Shown one piece after another: positions 5,024-13,208 of a stretch of 14,883 nt of DNA. Positions within the stretch are counted from its first letter, which is position 1. Each line of letters starts with the position of its first letter. The DNA comes from a bacterium (lineage in GTDB: Bacteria; Methylomirabilota; Methylomirabilia; CAVQYV01): positions 1 through 14,883 of the forward strand of contig JAZDMQ010000122.1 of assembly GCA_043800755.1 (NCBI GenBank). Direction: 5' to 3'. Under the pieces are notes generated by a model, which was not told the origin of the DNA, did not search any database, and worked only from the letters and a program-made list of their open reading frames with translations. The position numbers and the translations under genes were made by a program.

Positions 5024-8013
5024 ACCATCCACGGGTTTTAATCGAGGAATGGCTGCCGGCGGCGGCGATCGGCGTGGAGTGCATTCGGGAACGCTCCACA
5101 GGACAACAACCTCCAGATAAGCGTCTTCATGTCTGGTGGGCCCGCCGTCCCCTGACCGTCTCCCGGGCCGCGGTCCTGGGCTCTCTATTGCCGGCCGATT
5201 TCCCCCACGAGGTCTTCGAGCGGCTGTTGGGGTTCTGGGGAAGTTCTCAAGATTTGATAAGAGCCCAGGAAATAGTGGACTGGGCTAGGCAATCGAATGC
5301 GAGAGTAGACAACCCTCACGGGGAAAGGGCCTTCAGGCGCAACCCGAGAAAGGAAGATCTTGCACGAGCTAGTGATGCTGCCATGAGCCTTTGGGGTCCC
5401 CAGATTTCCGTAATGGATCCCATGGCGGGGGGTGGTTCAATTCCTTTCGAATCAGCCCGCCTTGGATTTCGTACACTTGCGAACGAATACAATGCGGTAG
5501 CATGCTCTGTTCTCGAAGCAACTGTCCACTATCCCTTTCACTTTGGAGAAGAGCTTGCCAAGAAATGTTCAAAATGGGGCGAAAGGTTTCGTGATCGCTT
5601 CAACAAACGCACGGAAGGGCTTTATCCCAAGAGCGGTTATTTGACTCCTCATTGTTACATCTTTGCCCGCACCGTTCCTTGCCCGGATACCCAGTTCCAT
5701 ACCCCCCTGGTTCCGGATTGGCACTTGCTCAAACCCAAATCGGGCCGGCAAATTGTTGCGGAGCCCATAGTGGACAGGGCAAAAAGCACATGGTCGGTCA
5801 ACGTCCGGGAGATCGGGAACCTGGCAGGCCAGCTCCGTGAAGCTCCAAAGCCCACTTATAGCGATGGCAAAGGCATCTCCCTCTTCACCGGTCGACAGAT
5901 CCCGGCGGACTACATCAAAGCCCAGGCCCAAGCCGGGGAGATGAAGAGCGCCCTCTATGCGGTAGTGATCAAGACGCCGCAGGGCTTGAGGTTCCAGCCC
6001 CCCGAGCCAGCCGACCTGAAGGCCTTAGAGGAGGCCGAAAAGGAGCTCGGCCGCCTGCGTCCGGGATGGGAAAGGGCGAATATCATACCAATCGAAATGT
6101 ATCCCGAGGTGTCGAGTGACGAGAGGCCGAGACTATATGGAATGCCTCGGTGGGCAGACATGTTCTCTCCCCGCCAGCTCCTCTGCGCCGGAGTCCTGGT
6201 TGAGGAATTGCGAAATCTCCGGCCCGAGATAGTCAGGGCTGAAGGCGCCGAGATGGGGGAGGCAGTGGCGCATCTACTCGCCCTCGTCTTTGATAAGCTT
6301 GTGAATTACAACAGTTTGCTCGGCTCGTGGCACGCCCCTCGCTCCGTAATGCGGAGTGTTTTTGACCGCCATGATTTCTCCTTCAAACCTGCGTTTGCGG
6401 AAATGGCCCCTTGCAATAGCGGCGCGGGGCTCGAATGGGCGATCGATAATGTCCTGGAGGCCTATGAGGAATTGAGCAAGCTTCCCCGTCATCCCTCAGC
6501 CAGGCCGGTTGAGATCTCTCTCGGCTCCGCCACCAGCCTGCCCCAGATTCCAGACGGCAGCATCACAGCCGTGGTGGTGGATCCGCCCTATGCGGATAAT
6601 GTGCAGTATTCAGAGCTGGCCGATTTCTTCTATGTCTGGCTCAAGCGGACCCAGGGGCATCGCCGGCCGGAATGGTTCTCTACCTATCTGTGCGAACACG
6701 ATCGGGAGGCAGTGGTCAATGTCAGCCGCCACCGGGAGGACGGCCCAAGACCTTCCAGGACAGGGAAACGCGATGGGAAGACCACCGAGGCGAAGGCCAG
6801 GGCGCATGCCTTCTACCAAGAGATGATGACCGAGACCTTCAAGGAGTCCCGCCGGATCCTCCGAGACGACGGAGTCCTCACGGTGATGTTCACCCACAAG
6901 AAACAGGAGGCCTGGGAGGCCCTCTTTACCTCTCTGATCCAATCTGGATTCACGATCACCGCCACCTGGCCGGTGAAGACCGAAAGCGAGCATTCCCTCC
7001 ATCAGGCGAAGAAGAATGCGGCCCAGAGCACGGTGATCCTGGTGGCCCGAAAACGACCCCAGGGCACCGGTATTGGTTACTTCGACAGCGCCATGCAGGG
7101 AGAGATTCGAAACAGGGCTCGTTCGACCGCCGAAAGGCTCCAGCATGAGGGCCTGAACCCGGTGGACCAGCTGGTCGGCTCCTTTGGCCCGGCCATGGAG
7201 GCCTATAGCCGCTACGGCGAAGTCCGCACGGACACGGGGATGCCGGTGGGGGTGAGCCGGGCGATCGATGAGGCCTCGGATGCCGTGAGTGCCTGGCGCA
7301 TCGAGCAGCTCGCCAGCCGCGGGCTCGAGGGCGTGGAGCCGGAGGGCCGCTTCGCCCTCCTTTGCTGGGATGTCCTGGGGGCCGCGGAGTTCCGTTTCAA
7401 CGAGGCGAAGCTCTTGGGGAACGCCGTGGGGATGGATGTGGATCAGCTGGTCTCGGCAGGGCTGGTTGCGAAATCAGGGGACAAGGTGAAGATGCTCTCC
7501 GCCAGGGAGAGGCGCCGGGAGAGGGCGCTGGAGCCGGATGAAGTGACGCAGACCCTGTTTGGTGCGGTCCTCATGCCCAGAAAGCGCACCCGGAAACAGA
7601 TTTTGAAGATCCATCCCAACGACCCCCAGTTTCGCACCGTTCTCGATGGCTGCCATGCCCTGGCGCTCCGCTACCTCGAGGCAGGGGGAGGCTCAGGCGG
7701 CATCGGCTCGGCCAGGGCCCTTGCCCGGCAGCAGCGCTGGACCAAGGATTCAGCCGTGGCCCGGCTGATGGAGGCGCTGGTTCATGCCGCTCCGGTAGCC
7801 CTCCGTTTCGAGAAGGGAAAGGCCTCTGCCGCTGCCCAATTTCCCGAATTTCGGGCCTGGCATGCCCTGCTGGAGCCCCTTTTTGAGATCAGGCCGCCGG
7901 AATGGGTGGAGGAGCGACCTCCGCAGGGACTTCTGTTCCCCAGCCCCTCCGAGGATCTGGACGACCTGGAGGGAAGCCTGGAGGAAGAGGAAGAAGTTGA
8001 ACCCGAGGAATGA
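5020..8013 (+). CDS. DUF1156-family DNA amino-methyltransferase (probably m6A), 997 aa
   Basis: N-terminal LIEEWLP...LHVWWARRP DUF1156 signature, SAM-binding DPMAGGGSIP, catalytic VVDPPY..N..YSEL.DFFYVWLKR, and acidic C-terminal tail. Confidence 0.92.
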   Translation: MNHPRVLIEEWLPAAAIGVECIRERSTGQQPPDKRLHVWWARRPLTVSRAAVLGSLLPADFPHEVFERLLGFWGSSQDLIRAQEIVDWARQSNARVDNPHGERAFRRNPRKEDLARASDAAMSLWGPQISVMDPMAGGGSIPFESARLGFRTLANEYNAVACSVLEATVHYPFHFGEELAKKCSKWGERFRDRFNKRTEGLYPKSGYLTPHCYIFARTVPCPDTQFHTPLVPDWHLLKPKSGRQIVAEPIVDRAKSTWSVNVREIGNLAGQLREAPKPTYSDGKGISLFTGRQIPADYIKAQAQAGEMKSALYAVVIKTPQGLRFQPPEPADLKALEEAEKELGRLRPGWERANIIPIEMYPEVSSDERPRLYGMPRWADMFSPRQLLCAGVLVEELRNLRPEIVRAEGAEMGEAVAHLLALVFDKLVNYNSLLGSWHAPRSVMRSVFDRHDFSFKPAFAEMAPCNSGAGLEWAIDNVLEAYEELSKLPRHPSARPVEISLGSATSLPQIPDGSITAVVVDPPYADNVQYSELADFFYVWLKRTQGHRRPEWFSTYLCEHDREAVVNVSRHREDGPRPSRTGKRDGKTTEAKARAHAFYQEMMTETFKESRRILRDDGVLTVMFTHKKQEAWEALFTSLIQSGFTITATWPVKTESEHSLHQAKKNAAQSTVILVARKRPQGTGIGYFDSAMQGEIRNRARSTAERLQHEGLNPVDQLVGSFGPAMEAYSRYGEVRTDTGMPVGVSRAIDEASDAVSAWRIEQLASRGLEGVEPEGRFALLCWDVLGAAEFRFNEAKLLGNAVGMDVDQLVSAGLVAKSGDKVKMLSARERRRERALEPDEVTQTLFGAVLMPRKRTRKQILKIHPNDPQFRTVLDGCHALALRYLEAGGGSGGIGSARALARQQRWTKDSAVARLMEALVHAAPVALRFEKGKASAAAQFPEFRAWHALLEPLFEIRPPEWVEERPPQGLLFPSPSEDLDDLEGSLEEEEEVEPEE

Positions 8014-11000
8014 GCATGGGAAATAGATCGAATCCTGCGAACGGTCAACGGTTGTCCCCTTCAGGCTCGGGTAGTCTGCGCCGACATGCCTGGCGGCGGT
8101 TTCTGCGGGGACCCGATCCCTCGCTGCTCGACGGACTCTATGTGCCGGCCCTCGCCGAGGCCGTACGCTACGATCGCTGCTGTGCCTATTTCTCCAGCAC
8201 GGCCCTGGCGGCAGCAGCACGGGGCTTTGGCGCGCTCATTGAAAGACTGGAGGCAATGGGAGAGAAAGCTCCAAGACCTTCCGTGCGCCTGGTGGTCAAT
8301 GAGGAGATGGAAGAAGAGGACGTCCGGGCCATGATGGAGAAGGGGGACCTCTCGCGGCTCGAAGAGAAGCTCAGACGCCGCTTCAAGACACCCAAGGATG
8401 TGCTGGAGAAGGCGCGGCTGGCCATGCTCGGCTGGCTGGTGAAGAAGGGCCTCCTCGAAGTCCGGGTGGGCGTGATGCGGCGGGGAGAGGGGATCGTCCA
8501 TGCCAAATTCGGCGTGGTAACCGATGGGGCAGGTGAGGCGATCGTGTTCAGTGGAAGCAGCAACGAATCGGCTCAGGGTCTTCTCGGGAATTACGAGCGC
8601 CTGGAGGTCTCCACTTCATGGGACGATCCGGAAAGGTATCAGGAGTATGCGGGGGAATTCGAGGCCCTCTGGGGGGATATCCATCCGGATGTCCATACGG
8701 TCCCTCTTCCCGAGGCCCTTCGGCTGCGCCTGATCAAATTCGCTCCCACCAAGGCGCCCACCGTAGAGCCCTCGAATGCCCTGGCCCGCCAGAAGGCAGC
8801 CATGATCTGGCAATTCATCTGCGAGGCGCCCTATCTGCCCCATGGAGATTCGGCCTGTGACGAGACGGCAATGGTGGATCTCTGGCCCCATCAGGGCCAT
8901 GTGGTGGAAGAGACGGCCCGGGCTTGGCCCGAGGGGAGGCTCCTCTGCGACGAGGTGGGGATGGGGAAGACCATCGAGGCGATCCTGGTTCTGCGACGCC
9001 TGATGGCCGGCCGCGGGGTCAGACGAGCGCTCATCCTTCTTCCGGCAGGCCTCCTCCGGCAGTGGCAATCCGAACTCAGGGAGAAGGGAGGGATGGTCTT
9101 TCCCCGGCTCGAGGGCACCAATGCCCTGATCTGGCCTGATGATCGGGTCGAAAAAGTGAATGGGATCGCCGAGGCCCTGGAAAGGGATGCCCTTCTTATG
9201 AGCCGGGAGACTGCACGGACGGAGAACAACCTCCCGCTGATCCTTTCGGCAAAATCCTGGGACCTGGTCCTTCTCGATGAGGCCCACGCGGCGAGGCGGC
9301 GCAAGCAGGAAGAGGGGGAATTCAATAGCGGAACGCTCCTCCTCGATCTCCTCCGCCAATTGCAGCTCCGACGCAAGACCCGGGGGATCCTCCTTCTGAG
9401 TGCCACCCCCATGCAGACCCATCCTTGGGAGCCCTGGGATCTTTTGGCCGTCCTCGGCGAGGGTGGCCTCTGGCTTTCGGACTTCAATTGGATCCGGGAT
9501 TTCTATACCGCCGTGGCTGCGGTTGGAAGAGGATCCTGCGATCTCTCCCTCGCGCGCAGGGTGGCGGAGACTATCGCGGCGGACCCCTGCTTCCCTCCGC
9601 TCGATGGGGAAGGCCCCCTTGCTCGCGACAAGAACGAGCTTGCCCGAAGGCTTGCCTTTGTCCCGCCCACCAAGCGCGAGCCGTTAGCGCAATGGCTGCG
9701 CACCGGATCCCCCCTCGCCCGGCGCATGCACCGAAACACGCGAAACACTCTCAGCCATTACTACGAAAGGGGCCTACTCCCCTCTCCTCCACCCCGCCGG
9801 GGCATTCAAGACATCGTCTTCGATTACCAAGACCAAGAGGAGAGGGAAATCTACAACGCGGTGAGCCGCTATATTGAGAAGCGCTTTGACGAGTTGGAGA
9901 GCGAGAGGCCGGGCAAGGGATTTGTGATGACCGTTTACCGCAGACGGGCCAGCAGCTCCCCTCTCGCCCTGGAACGAAGCCTTGGTCGGCGGCGAGAGGC
10001 CCTGCGCACGATCAGCGAACGGAGAGCTTACGATGTCGATCTTTCAGCCTCCGACGTGCCTGAGGGCTTGAGCGAAGAGGATCTTCCGGAAGAGGCAACG
10101 GAGGCCAAGGTCTCTGCCGCCCTTCCTCAGGATCCTCAGGTCGCCCGCAGGGAGCTCGCCGAGATCGAATCCCTCCTGGACCATCTGCGATCGCTCCAGG
10201 GAAGGGACACCAAGCGAGATCGCTTCTTCGATGCCCTCCGCCGCATCACCGAAGACGGGCGCTCAGTCTTGATCTTTACGGAATATGTTGACACGCTCGA
10301 ATACCTGCGGGAGGCTCTCGTTGAATTCTATCGAGGCAGCCTGGGATGTTACAGCGGGGCGGGGGGCAAGAGATGGGATGGGGTGGCGTGGCAATCCGTA
10401 ACCAAGGATGCGATCACCAGAGCCCTTGCCAGTGGCGAGCTTCGGGCCCTGGTTTGCACCGACGCGGCCAGTGAGGGCCTCAATCTGCAAGCGGCCGGAG
10501 CCCTGATCAACTACGATCTTCCCTGGAACCCCAGCAAGGTTGAGCAGAGGATCGGCCGGATTGACCGGATTGGTCAGAGGCTTCCAGAGATCAGGGTCAT
10601 CAACCTGTTTCTCCACAACAGTGTGGATGAAAAAGTGTACCAGGCCCTGCGCAGGCGCTGCGGTCTTTTCGAGCATTTCGTGGGCTCCATGCAGCCGGTC
10701 CTGGCCCGGGCACGGCGCATGCTCCTCGGCCAGGAAGAGTTAGATACAGCGAGGATCGAGGCGGCCGCCTCTGAGATCGAGGGAGATCCGTTGCCGGGAG
10801 AAATCTACCTGGAAGGCCGGGCGGTGGCCCACGGCAAGGGGGGATCCGTACTCTCCCGGGCCCAGATTGAGGCATCTCTTAGCTATTTGAAAGAGGAGTT
10901 CGGCTTTCGGGTGAGGGGAGACAGAAGGGATAGATCTTATCTTGTCTCCGGTCCTGGCATTTCCAAAGCTCTCTTCACGTCTTCGGTGGAGGTGCTGGAG

Positions 11001-11330
11001 CATGATGCGGCGGCCCGTCCGCTCTCTCCACTCGAACCAAGAATTCATGAGCTCGTAACATCCCTCTCTCGCCCGGGTGAGCACCTGCCCCTTGCTATCG
11101 GAACCTATCAAAGCGTAGCCTTCCGGAGGTCGGTCGTGTACTGGGTCAGTGAGGACAAGATCGAGCCGATTGAATCATTTGAAGACCTCAAGGGCCGGGT
11201 TGATTCATGGAATGGAGATTATCCTGATCCCGGCCATTGGCTCGGGGCCCAGAAAAGGCGCAGCAAGAGGCTGAGGAACAAATCAGAGTCCTCGAGCAGG
11301 AGGCCGTTTGTCGGGAGGAGGATGGATTAA
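8010..11330 (+). CDS. PLD-nuclease + SNF2/RapA-like helicase fusion (main frame; true C-terminus probably continues in the -1 frame to 11650)
   Basis: PLD motif HAKFGVVTD...SGSSNES. SNF2 motifs: LLCDEVGMGKT, DEAH, LLLSATP, TDAASEGLNLQ, NYDLPWNP..VEQRIGRIDRIGQ. ATGA overlap with the MTase stop. Confidence 0.92.
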   Translation: MSMGNRSNPANGQRLSPSGSGSLRRHAWRRFLRGPDPSLLDGLYVPALAEAVRYDRCCAYFSSTALAAAARGFGALIERLEAMGEKAPRPSVRLVVNEEMEEEDVRAMMEKGDLSRLEEKLRRRFKTPKDVLEKARLAMLGWLVKKGLLEVRVGVMRRGEGIVHAKFGVVTDGAGEAIVFSGSSNESAQGLLGNYERLEVSTSWDDPERYQEYAGEFEALWGDIHPDVHTVPLPEALRLRLIKFAPTKAPTVEPSNALARQKAAMIWQFICEAPYLPHGDSACDETAMVDLWPHQGHVVEETARAWPEGRLLCDEVGMGKTIEAILVLRRLMAGRGVRRALILLPAGLLRQWQSELREKGGMVFPRLEGTNALIWPDDRVEKVNGIAEALERDALLMSRETARTENNLPLILSAKSWDLVLLDEAHAARRRKQEEGEFNSGTLLLDLLRQLQLRRKTRGILLLSATPMQTHPWEPWDLLAVLGEGGLWLSDFNWIRDFYTAVAAVGRGSCDLSLARRVAETIAADPCFPPLDGEGPLARDKNELARRLAFVPPTKREPLAQWLRTGSPLARRMHRNTRNTLSHYYERGLLPSPPPRRGIQDIVFDYQDQEEREIYNAVSRYIEKRFDELESERPGKGFVMTVYRRRASSSPLALERSLGRRREALRTISERRAYDVDLSASDVPEGLSEEDLPEEATEAKVSAALPQDPQVARRELAEIESLLDHLRSLQGRDTKRDRFFDALRRITEDGRSVLIFTEYVDTLEYLREALVEFYRGSLGCYSGAGGKRWDGVAWQSVTKDAITRALASGELRALVCTDAASEGLNLQAAGALINYDLPWNPSKVEQRIGRIDRIGQRLPEIRVINLFLHNSVDEKVYQALRRRCGLFEHFVGSMQPVLARARRMLLGQEELDTARIEAAASEIEGDPLPGEIYLEGRAVAHGKGGSVLSRAQIEASLSYLKEEFGFRVRGDRRDRSYLVSGPGISKALFTSSVEVLEHDAAARPLSPLEPRIHELVTSLSRPGEHLPLAIGTYQSVAFRRSVVYWVSEDKIEPIESFEDLKGRVDSWNGDYPDPGHWLGAQKRRSKRLRNKSESSSRRPFVGRRMD

Positions 11331-11650
11331 AATGGCAGGTGGCGGCCGCTCGCCTGAGGCTTCAGTCGGAGCTGGGACGGTATCTTGTCTGCCTGGGTGA
11401 GGGAACAGAAGATATGAATGGGCTGCTTCACCGACAGATGACCCGCGATATCGCCAGTGCTCATCGATTGAGACAGGCGCTTGACAAGCTGGGGGGATAT
11501 CCTGAATGGTCATCCGGATTGGTTCAGGATCTCGAGAACTTTTTCTCCCACCTCACCGAGAATCAACGAAAGGCCCGCCTTCTCGGCAAAGAGCTCGACG
11601 CTGCCCTCGCCGATCCCAGGTGGATGGCTGGGGCGGCGCTTAGTCGCTAA
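11237..11650 (+). pseudogene. frameshifted C-terminal segment of the PLD-SNF2 helicase
   Basis: Overlaps the helicase 3' end in the -1 frame, with a TTG start and no clear RBS. Reads as a plausible helical/coiled-coil stretch (KAQQEAEEQIRVLEQEA...), whereas the main frame degenerates (KRRSKRLRNKSESSSRR). One extra base near AAAA 11253-11256 would give a 1213-aa fusion. Confidence 0.7.
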
Positions 11651-12019
11651 CGGGATGGACGGGGGGCGACGGGACGTAGTTTCTGAAGGGATTCCCCCAT
11701 CGCAGATGCCTGCTACATGTAAGTCCGGAAACCTGATCCCCTTTATCCCTTCGGAATTGCTGCTGGCGGCAGTACCTCCCTTGGAATTCTGAAGCAACGG
11801 CTGCAGAGGGTGGCCGACTTCGCAAGGTCTCAGATCTGACTCCTCTTGGCCGTCGATGCAGCTGGCGAGGGCCCCCTCCTCAGTCTTTTAGGAGCCATCG
11901 GGCGCCTTGGCGCTCCTCCGGCAATCCCAAAAACCGCTATCGTCCGTACCTATCGCGCCGCTTGATCCTCTTGCGTCCAACCCCCCAACCTCCCGTTGTG
12001 GATTCTATTGAAAAATATC

Positions 12020-12050
12020 TTGCATTTCCGATAATGCAATATTATATTGC
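12020..12050 (+). promoter_or_regulatory. promoter TTGCAT-N17-TATATT overlapped by two palindromes (putative autoregulatory operators)
   Basis: -35 at 12020-12025 and -10 at 12043-12048. Inverted repeats TTGCATT-N6-AATGCAA (12020-12039) and GCAATAT-T-ATATTGC (12036-12050). RBS AGGAGGAGG precedes ATG 12072. Confidence 0.7.
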
Positions 12051-12071
12051 TTTCTGAAAAGGAGGAGGACT

Positions 12072-13196
12072 ATGGCCATCAATCGCCAGCGGAGCTTCAA
12101 TCTCATGGTTGGTGAAAGGGTGAAGGCGGCTCGCAAGGCCCTGGGAATGACCCAGCAGGAGCTTTCTAAAAGGCTCGAGGTCAAGCACCGTCAAATTCTC
12201 TTCAATGTCGAAAGCGGGCAGAGGAAGGTGTCCTCGGATGAGTTGCTGGCTTTGATGCGAATCCTCGGGAAAAGCCTGGATTACTTCACCGATCCCTTCT
12301 TGCTTCTCGAACCCAAAGTCTTTTCCTGGCGCACCCAAGCCCCGCCTTCAGTGATCGATGCCTACGAGAATAAGGCCAGGAATATGGTCATGGCCTTTCG
12401 GCGATTCTCCGAGCAACTGGGAGAGAGGTTCTCGCCCCTCACCTTCAAACTTCACTTGTCCAAGAGGAGTACCTTCGAAGAAGCCTGGGAAGCCGGCGAA
12501 GCCCTTGCAGAGAAGTTCGCCTTAGGGGATACGCCGGCGGCAAAACTACACAAGACGGTGGAAAGGGAGATGAACATCGTCCTCCTGTATGTGGATCCCC
12601 CCGAGTCCATCTCCGGCGCTGCCTGCAGATTACCCGAGTTCAATGCCGTCCTCATCAACCGGAATGAAGTCCCCGGACGGAGGAACTATGATCTGGCCCA
12701 CGAGGTATTTCATCTTCTTACCTGGGATACGATGCCTCCTCCGCCGCGTGAGATGATGTATGACGATCCCCGGAAGGGACCTCGGGTGGAGCGTCTGGCT
12801 GAAAATTTCTCCGCGGGGCTCTTGATGCCAAGAAAATCCCTTCAGACGAAATGGGAGCACAAGGGAGGTGGCGACCTCCACGAGTGGATTACGAATACCG
12901 CAAGGGAGTATTGTGTTTCCGCCAAGGCCCTTTTCTATCGTCTGCTGAATTTGAATTGGTTGTCCTACAGTGATATCCAGCGAATCAACTTGGAGAGGTT
13001 GACAATGGCCAAAGACACCTGCGGGGAGGAGTCGAGGCCTAAACTCTACTCCCAGGTCTTCGTGGATCGTTTGCGGCGGACTTTGGAGAGAGGCCTGGTC
13101 AGTGTCAGAAGGGCTGCGAGCCTGCTCGATTGCACCATTGAGGATCTCGAGGACCTCTTCAAGGGCTACAGCATGAAAGTGCCTTTCGACCTATAG
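12072..13196 (+). CDS. XRE-family HTH fused to an ImmA/IrrE (DUF955, COG2856) zinc metallopeptidase, 374 aa
   Basis: N-terminal VGERVKAARKALGMTQQELS...VESGQR HTH. RRNYDLAHEVFH (HExxH) with downstream ERLAENFSAGLLMP. C-terminal VSVRRAASLL HTH-like segment. Confidence 0.92.
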   Translation: MAINRQRSFNLMVGERVKAARKALGMTQQELSKRLEVKHRQILFNVESGQRKVSSDELLALMRILGKSLDYFTDPFLLLEPKVFSWRTQAPPSVIDAYENKARNMVMAFRRFSEQLGERFSPLTFKLHLSKRSTFEEAWEAGEALAEKFALGDTPAAKLHKTVEREMNIVLLYVDPPESISGAACRLPEFNAVLINRNEVPGRRNYDLAHEVFHLLTWDTMPPPPREMMYDDPRKGPRVERLAENFSAGLLMPRKSLQTKWEHKGGGDLHEWITNTAREYCVSAKALFYRLLNLNWLSYSDIQRINLERLTMAKDTCGEESRPKLYSQVFVDRLRRTLERGLVSVRRAASLLDCTIEDLEDLFKGYSMKVPFDL

Positions 13197-13208
13197 GGAA
13201 GGCGACCG

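Larger units (their letters stand above)
904..11650 (+). other. restriction-like antiphage operon (Gao_RL-type: DUF499 ATPase, DUF3780-like, DUF1156 MTase, PLD-SNF2) with an inserted NYN cassette
   Basis: Gene content and order; ATGA couplings at 3825, 5020 and 8010. Confidence 0.8.

Noticed and set aside
904-11650. BREX or DISARM assignment
   Set aside because: No PglZ, BrxA/B/L or DrmA/DrmB (DUF1998) genes; the DUF499 + DUF1156 + PLD-SNF2 content fits the restriction-like system better.
11651-12000. Intergenic region and ORFs 11481-11792, 11510-11797, 11640-11825
   Set aside because: No recognisable protein motif, terminator or repeat that I can support.
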